From contig NC_092387.1 in the NCBI RefSeq assembly GCF_030028105.1, positions 55,561,590 to 55,625,589 on the forward strand: a stretch of 64,000 bases of DNA. The letters are read 5' to 3'. The notes under the pieces are model-generated. The model was not told the origin of the DNA and did not search any database. It saw only the letters and a program-made list of their open reading frames with translations. Source of the stretch: Mobula birostris (taxonomy: Eukaryota). Of the stretch, positions 1 through 11,192 are shown piece by piece. Every line of letters starts with the position of its first letter. The stretch's first letter is position 1. A program made the position numbers and the translations under genes.

Positions 1-868
1 CTTAGTCACCGCGAAAGAATCGTTCTTCTCCAACAGAAGAGCATGTCGAAAGGTACCGGGAAGGACGCAAATCCTTGATGTGAGCTCTCCAGCCATCTTC
101 CCCCAGGGGTTCGTTCACCAGACACGCACCGAGCTGGGCTGAGCTCCGCGGATGGCGAGCTCGGTGACCGGGTCAGCTACCCCTCTGTCCACCACCCCGC
201 CGGGAGTTCGGCCAATTTCAACCCCACCGACGACACTGACCAAAAGGAGCGAGGGCTCTCTGAAAGTGTTGGAAACACCATCCCGGAGTTTACGTGCACC
301 AGGTTCAGCGCAGGACTTCCTCAACAGCTCCGGGACACTCGATCCGGGAGGAAAGAGCAGGATACTGGGGACACCGGCTCCCGCGAATTCACCGGAACAC
401 GAGCGAGCAAGCGAGTCTCCGTGCATAGACCGTAAGGTGCACAGGTAACCTGCGCCCGACAGGTAATCGCTCTCCCCTTTTATTCCCTCCAACAAGAATT
501 TTAATTCCCCACCCCCCACAGAAACTCTCCATTAAAAAAAAACAAATGAACTGAATCAACCTGCTGGACCACGTACAAAGGGCACGACAACAGGAGGGGT
601 GCAACCCCCTGCCAAAGGGTTCATATTGAATGCTAGAACGGGTTTGAGGGTCCGAGTGGCCTATTCTTGCACCTATGTTCTTCGAGATACAAAAGCACAG
701 ATGAATAGAGAATTGGACCCCTGAATGCAACCTCGCGGTTCAACCTGTCGTCGGTGTTCTACCCCAAGAACTTCATCCGTTCCCCCTCATGTTTGACCTC
801 CTGACACCAAAATGATTTCCCCCCCCCCCCCACTGTAAATACTCCAAAGGCAGAGAGAGGCGTTTTAC

Positions 869-1108
869 CTTGTTCTTGAGGCCGCAGTGACAGCAGACCG
901 CCCACAGGTACTGGATGGTCCTCCACACCAGGATGATGAAGAGCCCCCCGAAGAAGGTGACCATAGACGAGGCGAGGAAGGCCCACCACATGCGCTGGTC
1001 ATTACTGTCGCAGATCATCTCGGCGTCGATGGGGATGATGACAGGGTCCATGTTCGGCGCGGTGGAGTCTCGGTCCGAGGACGCGTTCGCACGGACCATG
1101 GTTAACAT
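869..1108 (-). CDS. KCNMA1: First coding exon of a large-conductance Ca2+-activated K+ channel alpha subunit (BK/Slo1, KCNMA1-like; possibly the Slo1/Slo3 paralog)
   Basis: Translation [61 protein letters not shown] matches the Slo1 N-terminus, S0 helix and CCxC palmitoylation motif. It ends at a phase-0 donor AAG|GTAAAA (exon end 869). In-frame ATGs at 1108 (weak context), 1099 (ACCATGG) and 1051 (AACATGG). The gene continues beyond the left edge of the window. Confidence 0.9.
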
Positions 1109-1164
1109 GAGGGAAGAGGGCAGAGGGAGAGGCAGCGGCGCCTCTCCACCCGGCTAAAAGCCAT
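1102..1164 (-). promoter_or_regulatory. Upstream ORF (20 aa) in the BK-channel 5' leader
   Basis: AGCATGG start at 1164 reads [20 protein letters not shown] to TAA at 1104-1102. It overlaps the 1108 ATG out of frame and stops just before the 1099 ATG. Confidence 0.5.
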
Positions 1165-3153
1165 GCTAGCCGGCACAAGAGGGGCCGAAGACCAAGGGGG
1201 AGGGAGTGGAAGGCGGGGGAAGGAACAATCCGAGGAGGACAGACAGCTGGCCTTCCCTTCTCTCCGATCGAAATGCTTTCCTACAATAGATGTGGTTGAA
1301 CGAGGAATCTCTCTGCCGAGCTGTCAGTGACGCAAGATTCGATGAATAATCTCCCAGCGCAAATTCCCTTCAATCGGGTTTATAATCCAGAGAAGGATAG
1401 TCCACCAAACTGTTCCCGTTCCTTCTGGCGGCCGCCTGCCTTATCTGCAAGAGTATTTATATATTGACAGCTCCTGCACCCCTCTGACCGCGTCCCCTTG
1501 CGCCGAGCCGGGGGTGGGTGGTGAGTTTCCACGGGCGCTCTCGGTGTCAGCGCTAGCCACAGGGGAGCCGGAGGCGATTCCCAGGTGTAGCTGTGTTATT
1601 TGCCTGTGTGGAAGGCGGAGCCGACAGACACAGATGGAAGGACCGACTCTCCCGCCCCTCTCTCCCCCTCCGCCAACCAACAGCGTCCTGAGCTCGCAGT
1701 ACTGACGCAGCGCCAGATAGGTGGCATTATTTGCTGGGCTCTAGTTCCAATTCCCTCCCCAATTAATTTATATATATTTTAAGACCTTCCTCCCCCTTTA
1801 TAAACCGATTCAGAATGCTCACTGATGTATTCTATCCTCTTTGAAAAAAAAACAAATATTCTGTTTGAGGATGTAGTTTGTTTGTACTGTGTGCAACCGC
1901 AATTATTCAAACAGTAAACGAGTTTGTTGATTTAGTGATGTAGAATGGCGTGAAATGATTGCAGTTCCTAGATCCATTTTAATAAGTATATATGTATATA
2001 TATAATTTTAAACTGCAGGATTAAAATGTACATTTTCTTCACTCATGCCCTCGTCCCAGAATGTTTGATTTTTGCTCCTGTTTTTCACCAGACCTCTTTG
2101 CAAAGCTGAACACAGACTGGTGAATAGGGGGTCGCTGTGCCAATTCCTCCTTGTCCCTGTCAGACGGAAAGTGAGGTGGGGGTGGTCTGGAATTTAAGTA
2201 TCATTTCCTCCGCCGAATCCTGCAATATGAAGATAACGCGAAGTGCGAATTATTTACATCCAACGTCTCAATACTGAGAGGAAAATCCTTATTTAATTTT
2301 TGGTGAACAGTGAAGTGCATTAACCGGGGGTTAACCATTTCCCTGGATGCCCACACGTTTTAAATCGATGGGCATGATGAGTTACGAGAGATGTTTATCA
2401 GAAAAATATTGGATAGTGGGTAACAAGATCTAAGTGTTGCAATCAACGGCCTCTCCGTCGCTGTGCAGAAGGATGGGCAAATAACAGGCTGAGGTTTTTC
2501 TGCCACGGGCTGTTCAGAGCATGGAGAACAATTTTCTGCCAGGATGCAGCGACTGAACAGCTCTCTTGTATGGAAGGGTGTTCAATCTTTTGGCTGAGGT
2601 TTGCATCTAGGATATATATTTTCATATCCCATATTGTTAGATACATATGTGCTAACTGTGATATATGTACTGTGTTTTGAACCTCAGTCCCAGAGGAACG
2701 TTGTTTCCTTTAGCTGTATACATGTGTGCGATTCAATAAACGTGAACTTGAACTTAAAAGCACCTGAAAACTATTAAGATTACAGGTCTTCATCTGAGTA
2801 ACACAGCTTAAGTTTTTTAAAATTGCTCATCTCATAACATTGCGTTAAACACCTAGAAATATTTGTTAACAAGGCTTTTACTCTTTCTGAAAGTACTTCG
2901 GCTTCCAACAACTACAATAACTAAAACAAGTCAACCGAACTAAAAAGTTCTGTGAAATGAAGACGGCAGAATTATAAACCGCGATTGTAATATCCTTCAA
3001 ACCAAAATTTAAAAACTGGCCACATGCATTTGTAGTTTGTGGAAGCAAGATGATTTTATAATTCATGCTTGGGATATTCAATTCTATGTTAGTAATGATT
3101 TGGACAGTTTATGTAGCACTGCTGCCGATACTGAGCGCGAACCAGAACTATTA

Positions 3154-3171
3154 CCCACCCCCTGGTGGCCG
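3154..3171 (-). promoter_or_regulatory. Candidate CTCF binding site
   Basis: Minus strand CGGCCACCAGGGGGTGGG, one mismatch from the CCACCAGGGGGCG core, in non-repeat sequence ~1.5-2 kb upstream of the promoter. Confidence 0.55.
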
Positions 3172-3534
3172 TTGTGTGACTTGCCACGGCTGGAGAATGA
3201 CACAAACACTGTCTCGGTTTGTTTCCAAAGGTCTGTTTGGAACAAAATTTTAGGGCTTTCAGAATCCGATTTATTATCGCTGATTGATACTGTATGACGT
3301 GAAATTTATTGTTTTGCAGCGCCAGTCCAGTGCAAAGAAATAAAAGTACTATAAACTACAAAAATAATGTAAAATAAAATGAATATCAAAGGGGTGTTCA
3401 TGGGTTTATGGACCATCAGAGATCTGATGATGGAAGGGAAGGTGGGAAAGAAATTGTTACTGAATCACTGAGTGTGGTTCATCAAGTTTCTGTACCTCCT
3501 TCCTGGCAATAGAATGAGAAAGGGGCACAAGTAA

Positions 3535-3920
3535 GGGGGATATCGATTTCTCCTTCCAGTAAAACAAAATCCCACCCCCTCTCCTCTTCTTCTATTCCCA
3601 CTCTGGCCTGTTAACTCTTCTAACCTGCCTATCACTTCCCGCTGGGTCCCCTCCTCTTTCCTTTTCTCCTAAGGTCTACTCTCCTCACCTATCAGATTCC
3701 TTTTTCTCCAGCCTTTTACATATCCCATCCACCTAGCTTCACCTATCCCCTTTTAGCTAGCATCTTTTTCTGCCCCCTCCCACCCACCCTTTTATTCTGG
3801 CATCTTTCTCCTACCTTTTCAGTTCTGAACAAGAGTCTTGACTGGAAATATTGACTGTTTATTCATTTCCATAGATGCTGTCTGACCTGCTGAGTTCCTC
3901 CAGCATTTGGGGTGTGTTGA
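3535..3920 (+). mobile_element. Penelope-like element (PLE) 3' end/pseudo-LTR fragment
   Basis: Pyrimidine-rich 3'UTR plus the terminal 'ttgactgtttattcatttccatagatgctg...tgacctgctgagttcctccagcatt' sequence shared with the GIY-YIG-bearing copy at 34050-34740. Confidence 0.65.
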
Positions 3921-4364
3921 TAAGTAAGGGGGTTAAGGATTATGGGGAAACTGCATGAGAACGATTGAATCAGCCATGATTGAACAGTAAAGATTATTTG
4001 ATGGGCTGAATGGCCAAATTCTGCTCCTACATATGTCTTATGGTTCAGATGCTAAAATAAGCGAGTAGGAAGGTGATGGGGAACCAGAAAAGAGAAGGAT
4101 GAGAGACAGATGGAATCAGTTGGGACACAGGGGCTCTTGTTTTCCTGAACTTGGAAAATTCAGCCTGTAAGGTTGCTCACCTTTATCTCGCGCCTCCATT
4201 TCATCTCACAACCCCTACCAAGAACTTCACACACAAACATTATACGTAGATGCAATAATTGATGTTTCACTCCAGAAGTGCCTGAACTTCCAGAGATTAA
4301 GATACGACTAGTTCAAAACGAGTAATCAGTACATTTTCAGATCAGTTCATTCATTGACTTAGTA

Positions 4365-5010
4365 ATTCATAGAGCCATAGAACAATACAGCATGGATGGA
4401 GGCCCTTCACCCAACCAATCCATGCTGACCATGTTAGTCCCAATTTCCTACATTTGGCCCATATCCTTCCAGGCCTTGCTCCTCCATGTACCTCTCTAAG
4501 TACCTACCTCAATCATACCCTCTGGCAGTTCATTCCATATACTCATCACACACCGTTGCCCCTCAGATTCCTTCTAAATCTTACCCCTCTCGCCCTATGT
4601 CCTTATTTTTGGACTGCCCCACCCTGAGGAAAGCACTGTTACCATTCATTCCATTTCATGATTTTAAACATTTCTATAAGATTGCTCCTCATTCTCCTAT
4701 GTTCCAAGCAATAAGGACCAAGCCAGTCCCACCTCTCCTTATAATTCAGGCTCTCTAGTCCTGGCAACCACCCCATGAATCTATTTCTGCACTCCTTCCA
4801 TTTTAACCAAGTCTTTCCTATAATAGAGTGACCAAAACTGTACTCCAGGAATACTGCATGCAATGAACTGTGCCCCTGTATCTGTGTTCTGTTACACTCC
4901 CTATTGCTCTGCATAGTATAGATCCTACATTGTCATAGTATAATTCATAGTTTAAATCCTACACTGGTTTGACTTTCCAAGATTCATCATTTATTACCTC
5001 ACACTTATCT
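4365..5010 (-). mobile_element. CR1 LINE 3' fragment (decayed)
   Basis: Minus translation LPGLESLNYKERWDWLGPYCLEHRRMRSNLIEMFKIMK is a CR1 ORF2 C-terminal motif. Confidence 0.75.
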
Positions 5011-5103
5011 GCCACTGACATCTACTTAAACTTCTTCAGCAGACCCCTAACTTTATTGCATATAATCAGAAGTATTTTTCATTTCTCTTCCCTTTTCCAT
5101 AAA

Positions 5104-5390
5104 ATCATAAGACCATAGGAGCAGAATTTGGCCATTCAGCCCATCAAGTCTGTTCTGCAATTCGGTCATGGCCAATTCATTTTCCCTCTCAACCTCTTTC
5201 TCCTCACACTTATGAAGGCCCTTACTAATCAAGAGACTAATCAACCTCTGCTTTAAATATACCAAATTACTTGGCCTCCATAGCCATCGGTGGCAATGAA
5301 TTCTACTGATTCACCATCCTTCCACTAAAGAAATTCTGCCTCATCTCTGTTTTAAAGAGTCATCCTCTTATTCTGAGGCTGTGCCCTTTC
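5104..5390 (-). mobile_element. CR1 LINE 3' tail
   Basis: Typical 3' end 'gatgggctgaatggccaaattctgctcctatggtcttatg' on the minus strand. Confidence 0.7.
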
Positions 5391-5511
5391 AAGCCATTAC
5401 ACGTCCAGTTTTCTCACCACAGATCAATGCATTCCACAAACAAATAGAATTTACCATCAATCTGAAAGTCACAAGCAGCATTAATGGAAAATAATGAAAA
5501 TATACCATATA

Positions 5512-6208
5512 CTCAGTGGCTACTTTATTAGGTATACCTGCTCAATAATGCAAGTATATCATCAGCCAACCATGTGGCAGCATCTCAACAGATAAAAGCA
5601 TGCAGACATGGTCAAGAGGTTCAGTTGTTGTTCAGTCCAAACATCATAATAGGGAAGACATGTGATCTAAGTGACTTTGACTGTGGAATGATTGTTGGTG
5701 CCAGACAGGGTGGTTTGAGTATCTCAGAAACCGCTGATCTGGATTTTTACACACAACAGTGTCTAGAGATTACAGAAAATGGTGTGAGAAACAAAAAGAT
5801 AATCCAGTAAGTGGCAATTCTATGGGCAAAACTACTTGGTTAATGAGGCAAACACGAGGAAATCTGCAGATGCTGGAATTTCAAGCAACGCACATAAAAG
5901 TTGCTGGTGAATACAGCAGGCCAGGCAGCATCTATAGGAAGAGGTACAGTTGACGTTTCGGGCCGAGACCCTTCATCAGGACTAACTGAAAGAAGAGCTA
6001 GTAAGAGATTTGAAAGTGGGAGGGGGAGGGAGGGAAGTCAGAGGAGAGTGGTTCATGCTGACAGGAAGGTGACAATTACTAAAGAAAATGTGCATTACAA
6101 TGGTGGTGTGTAGAGGAGTATCTCTGAATGAACAACACGTCAAACCCTGACGTAGATGAACTACAGTAGCAGGGTTCCACTCCTGTACCTAATAAAGTGG
6201 CCACAGTG
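5512..6208 (+). mobile_element. Non-autonomous Tc1/mariner element with nested PLE fragment (~5850-6035)
   Basis: TIRs 'cagtggctactttattaggta' and 'tacctaataaagtggccacag'. Decayed transposase N-terminus GKTCDLSDFDCGMIVGARQGGLSISETAD. Confidence 0.8.
5948..5983 (-). ncRNA. Minimal type I hammerhead ribozyme motif (PLE)
   Basis: Minus strand AGTC-CTGATGA-AGGGTCTCGGCCC-GAAACGTC-AACT with a GUC cleavage triplet. Confidence 0.7.
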
Positions 6209-6326
6209 CAAATTTCATGGGTCCAGGTGATACTCATGATGTAATTAAATACAGACATTTTTTATAAGCTAATCCTCGGCATGGAATTCAAGAGAAGACA
6301 GACCAAGTGCAACTTCAATGTGGAGA

Positions 6327-7394
6327 TTGGAGATTGCAGCAGTTTTAACTCATTCCATAGAATCTACAGCATGGAACCAAGCCCTTTGGCCCATTGACTT
6401 CATATCAGCTACCAACCAGCCATTGCAATAATCCTACACAGATCTGCAGCACAAAACAATGACTTTTAAAAGCTCAGTTTTTGTGCTTGGATGGCACAGT
6501 TAGGAGAGCCGTTGCCTCATTCTTCCTACAGGATGGGTTCAGTCTTCAGGTGCAGGAGCACTTCCTGTGATGGTAAGGGTCTCCTGTTGCTCTGGTTTCT
6601 TCTCAGCTCTCAGAGACACATAGCTGCTAAGTTCATCAGCCGCAGTAAATTTCCCCGAGTGCGCAGGTGAGTGGTCAAACCTGGGGGAGAGGAGATGCTG
6701 CGAATGGGAAAAAAATAAAAGCAAGACCAGAAACACAAGAGATTCTGTAGGTGTTGGAAATCCAGAGTAATGTGCACAAAAATGCCGGAGGAACTGAGCA
6801 GGCCAGGTAGCATCTATGGAGGTGAATAAAGAGTCGATGTTTTGGGCCAGGGCCCTTCATCGGGACTGGAAAGGAAGGGAGAGGAAGCCAAGGTAAGAAG
6901 GTGAGGGAGTAGAAAGAGTACAAGCTGGCAAGTGATAGGTGAAGCCAGGTGAGGGGGAAGGTGGATGGGTGAGAAGCTGGAAAATGTCAGGTGGAATTAA
7001 TAAAGGGCAGAAGAAAGAGGAACCTGACAGGACAGGAGAATCAACCATGAGAGAAAGGATAGGAGGAGTGGCACCAGAGAGAGATGTTAGGCAGTTGAGG
7101 AGAAGAGAGGGGCCAGAATGGGGAATGGAAAAGGAGAGGAGGTGAAGGGGACAGAAATTACAGGAAGCTGGAGAAATTGAGGTTCATGCCATCAGGTTGG
7201 AGGCTACCCAGACAGAATAAGAGGTGTTTCTCCTCCAACCCGAGAGTGGCCTTATTGTGTCAGTAGAGATCAGTAAGATCTGTGTAGGATTAATGTAATG
7301 GTTGGTTGGCAGTTGATATGAAGTCAATGGGCCAAATGGCTTGGTTCCATGCTGTAAATTCTATGGAATGAGTTAAAACTGCTGCAATCTCCAA
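6327..7394. repeat. ~119-bp inverted duplication (6327-6445 / 7276-7394) bracketing a SINE and a PLE fragment
   Basis: The arms are near reverse complements: 'ttggagattgcagcagttttaactcattccatagaat...cctacacagatct' and 'agatctgtgtagg...attctatggaatgagttaaaactgctgcaatctccaa'. Confidence 0.85.
6732..7270 (-). mobile_element. Penelope-like element 3' fragment
   Basis: Collinear with 34050-34530, including the end of the GIY-YIG ORF, the 3'UTR and the hammerhead-like motif at ~6832-6869. Confidence 0.75.
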
Positions 7395-8164
7395 GAAATT
7401 TAAAAAAAACCTGTGAACTGTACACAAACAAATTGAATATGTAACATGGTTCCATGCTATACAAGTCTATGGAGTCAGTAAAAACCATGGCAATCCACAA
7501 AAGATTGTTAAAAAAAACCTGAGCTGTACTGGAACTAGTTGAATATGTAACATCACATTCAGAACGAAGTATTATTCTTTGTCCACAAGGTGTCAGGAGT
7601 GGGGAGAAATGTTTCTGTTACTTAATGGTTGTAAAATTTGAAGAGTTTTGGAGATTTTGCTTTAGTTGTTGGAGGACACTCATCACATCAGAACACTGTG
7701 GCAGGGTTAGACAGGAATTTGTCACGAGCAATTGAACCTGGCAGCTCTGACAACATTCCTAATGAGGCCCACATGCCTTTTTAAACACTGTAGTAAATTA
7801 CAGTGGCCTAGCAACCATCAAACATTGCCTGTTACGCCGTGAGGTTTACTGATGAAGGATGCACCATTACAAATACAGCTGTTCCAGTGTTTGGTTCTCC
7901 GAGCGGCCACCCTAAGCCCTGGACCCCTTGTTTGACATTGACTGCTCCAATGCCAATTTAGATCTTAAAGAATGCATCTGGTTTCTCCGAACCAGCTGTA
8001 CCACATTGACCTTGAGGCATAAAGGTAGATAATGCTGGAAACACCCAACAGGTAAGGGTGTATCCATGACAAGAGAGAAACAGTAAATATTTCAAATTAT
8101 TGATCAAAGTTGAAAGTTAATTTATTATCGAAGTACGTATATGTCACCATTTACTACCCTGAGA

Positions 8165-8502
8165 AGAAGGAAAACTCTGATTTTAAACCTCCGCTGCCTT
8201 GCGGCCATACCCAGCCATGGGAGTAAAGCCTGAGGAAGAAATCTAGAGCCAGGGTCCCTAAGGCAGTTTGATGCTGTTTACACCTTCACTCTGGCAACCT
8301 CTGTGATGACACTGGTGCCAAGCTGTATCGGCGCTTGCCCTTCCCTTGGACTACATCAGTGACGTGGAGAGGGAGAACCCACAGCATGGGCAACAGCCGG
8401 TTCTTCAATACTTCCCGCCCACCCAGGCTTGCGCCCTGGAGAGGACACAGCGCACCACGATGCAAACCTGTGATCCCCTGGGATCAACGGCTGCCTGCAC
8501 AG
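8165..8502 (+). mobile_element. Short interspersed element (probably RTE 5'UTR-derived)
   Basis: 10-bp TSD TACCCTGAGA at 8155-8164 and 8503-8512. Related copy at ~44240-44610. Confidence 0.65.
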
Positions 8503-9349
8503 TACCCTGAGATTCGCTTTTCTTCCGGGCCTTCATAGTAAGCAGAAAGAAACACAACAGAGGCAATACTGCGTGAGTTCCTTCCGGATGTTCCAGTTTC
8601 CTTCCACAGTCCGAAGGTGTACTGGTTGGTAGGTTAATCAGTCATTGTAAATTGCCCCATGATTAGGCTAGGGTTACATCAGGGGCTGCTGGGCAGTGCA
8701 AGTCAAAGAGCTGGAAGGATCTATTCTGCACTGTATCTCAATAAAAAATAAATTAAATCAGGACACAATGGAGATAAACAAGCAATCAATGTGCAAAATA
8801 CAACAAACTATGCAAATACAAAAATAGAAGAAGAAAAAGAAATAAGCAATAAATATCGACAACATGAGTTGCACAGTCTGTAACAGTGAGTCCATAGGTT
8901 GTGGAATCAGTTCATTGTCAGGGTGAGTGAAGTTATCCCCTCTGGCTGAAGAGCCCGATGGTTCAGGTGTAATAGCTGATCCAGAAACTGGTGGTGTGGG
9001 ACCTAAGGCCCCTGATTCTCCATCCTGATGGCAGCAATGAGAAAAGAGATGGAAGTCCATCAACCTGAAATCCTGTCTGATCTACTGAGATAACACCAGC
9101 ACTTTGTTTGTATTTTAGTTTCCAGAATAAAGCCGTAGAGCAATGTACAACCTATCAGGGGAACTCAGTGGGTTGAGTAGCATCTGTAGGAGGAAAGGCC
9201 TTGACTCGAATCACCATATTTCTGCCGCCAACATAGCATTGCTAACACATTCTTATCTTTAAATGATAAAAGTAACACTTGAAATATTAATTAGTGTAAT
9301 TAAGAGCCTAATGTATTTGAGGAAGCATGCGAGCAAGTATTGAAAACTA

Positions 9350-11180
9350 GCTGTCACTAAGTGAACAGAATTGGAATCAATGGGTCTTTTTCCGATTGGA
9401 GGGATGTAGTTAATGGAATACTCGAGGGATTTTCGTCCTCATCCATTTGTTATTCTGTGACATGGCGCAGGGAACGAAACATAAGGTTTTCAGGTTTGCA
9501 GATGACATGAAAATGGGTGGAAGGGCATATTGTGATGAGGACATTATGATTCTGCAAGGTTATGGAGATAGATTGAATGACTAGGTGAAAGCCTGGCTGA
9601 AGGAGATTAATGTGAGGTAGTGTGAGGTCATGTACTTCAGTAAGAGGAATCTAAAAGGCAGATTATTAAATAAATAGAGAGAAACTGTGAATGAGTGAAA
9701 TTCAGTAGGATCTAGATGGACTAATACATAAATCATAAAAAGTTAGCAAGTGCAACAAGTACTGATCAGCATTTAAATGCTATCACAAAGAAGGCACAAC
9801 AGCATCTCTACTTCCTTAGAAGTTGGCATAGATTCAGCAAAAACTTTGACAAATTTCTATAAATGCAAAGTGGAGAGTATCCTAACTGGTCGTATCACAG
9901 CCTGGTATGGAAACATCAATGTCCAGGAATGGAAAAGTCTACAGAAGATGGTAGATACAGCTCAGCACATCACAGCAAGGCCCTCCTCAACAGTGAGTAC
10001 ATTTACAAGGAGTGCTGCCGCAAGAAAGCAACATCCATCACCAAGGATCACCACCATCCAGACCATGCTCTCTTCTCACTACTATCATCAGGTGGAAGAT
10101 ACAGGAGCCTTAGGTCCCACACATCCAGGTTCAGGAACTGTTATTATCCTACAACCACCAAGCTCCTGAACCAGTGTGGATAACTTCACTTACCTTCACT
10201 CTGAACTGCTTCCACAACCCACAGACTCACTTTCAATGCCTCTACAACTTATACTCTCTGTATTATTATTATTTTTTTAAACACAATGTGTCCTTTTCCA
10301 CATTAGTTCATTGTCAGTCTTTGTTTATATAGAGTTTCCATAAATTCTGTTCTATTTCTTTATTTTCTTGTAATGCCTACAAGAAAATGAACTTCAGGAG
10401 AGTATATAGTGACATATATGTATATATTTCAATAATAAATTTATCTTGACTTTGAGAGGATTGTTCTACCAAGAGAGTCTGGGCAATTTGGAGCTGTTTT
10501 CCCCCAGGAGCTTAGAAGAATGAAGAGTGACCTTATTCAGACATATAAGATTCCTGAAGGCATTTGACAGGAGAGATGTTGAGTTATTTTCACTGAAGGG
10601 AGAGTCATGGACAAGAGCACACAGCTTCAAGATAAGGATGGGCATTTAACTCTAAGATCAGGGGACGCAGCCTTAGAATAGAGGGGCATCCTTTTAGAAT
10701 GGAGATGAGGAGGATTTCTGTGGCCAGAGAGTGGTAATTCTGTGGAATTCATTGCCACAGGTAGCTGTGGAGGCTAAAATCATTGTGTATATTTAAGGCA
10801 GAGATTGATGGATTATTGATTAGTCAGGGCATGAAGGAATACAGGGAGAAGGCAGGAGATTGTGACTGAGAAGGAAAATGGATCAGACATGACTAAAGTG
10901 CAGTGCAGACTCGATGGGCCAAATGACCTTATTCTGCTCCTATATCTTATGGTCTTATGGTCTAATGGTCTTAAAACTGAAATATGTAGACATTTCTTCT
11001 CTCAGTGTGCAGTAAACTTCTGGAATTCTCCCTCCACAAGACTGGTGGAGATCAGATCATTAGATATATTTAAGACAGGGACAGACAAATATTTGAAAGA
11101 TTGAGCAGCTGAGAATTATGAAGAATGGGAACAAAAGAGGAAAAGAGATCAGTATAGATCAGCAATAACTATATGGAATG
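9350..11180 (+). mobile_element. Old CR1 LINE interrupted by a Rex/Babar LINE fragment (~9770-10455) and a younger CR1 tail (~10655-10965)
   Basis: FADD-type RT remnant near 9495. Rex motifs TLTNFYKCKVESILTGRITAWYG and LLSSGGRYRSLRSHTSRFRN. CR1 3' motifs downstream. Confidence 0.7.
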
Positions 11181-11192
11181 ACCATATGGAAC

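Larger units (their letters stand above)
1..1760 (-). promoter_or_regulatory. CpG island / promoter, 5'UTR and start of intron 1 of the BK-channel gene
   Basis: GC- and CpG-rich compared with the rest of the window. GC boxes near 1614 and 1650. TATA-like TATATAAA on the minus strand at ~1456-1463 and another at ~1767-1776. Confidence 0.7.

Noticed and set aside
115-519. ORFs on both strands in the CpG island
   Set aside because: They lie in GC-rich intron 1 of the channel gene and resemble no protein I recognise. Long ORFs are expected by chance at this composition.
773-868. ORF-track extension of the BK exon ([10 protein letters not shown]...)
   Set aside because: Read-through past the splice donor at 868 into the intron.
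1708-1726. Second CTCF-like motif near the promoter
   Set aside because: Only the AGGTGGC half matches and the spacing is off by one base.
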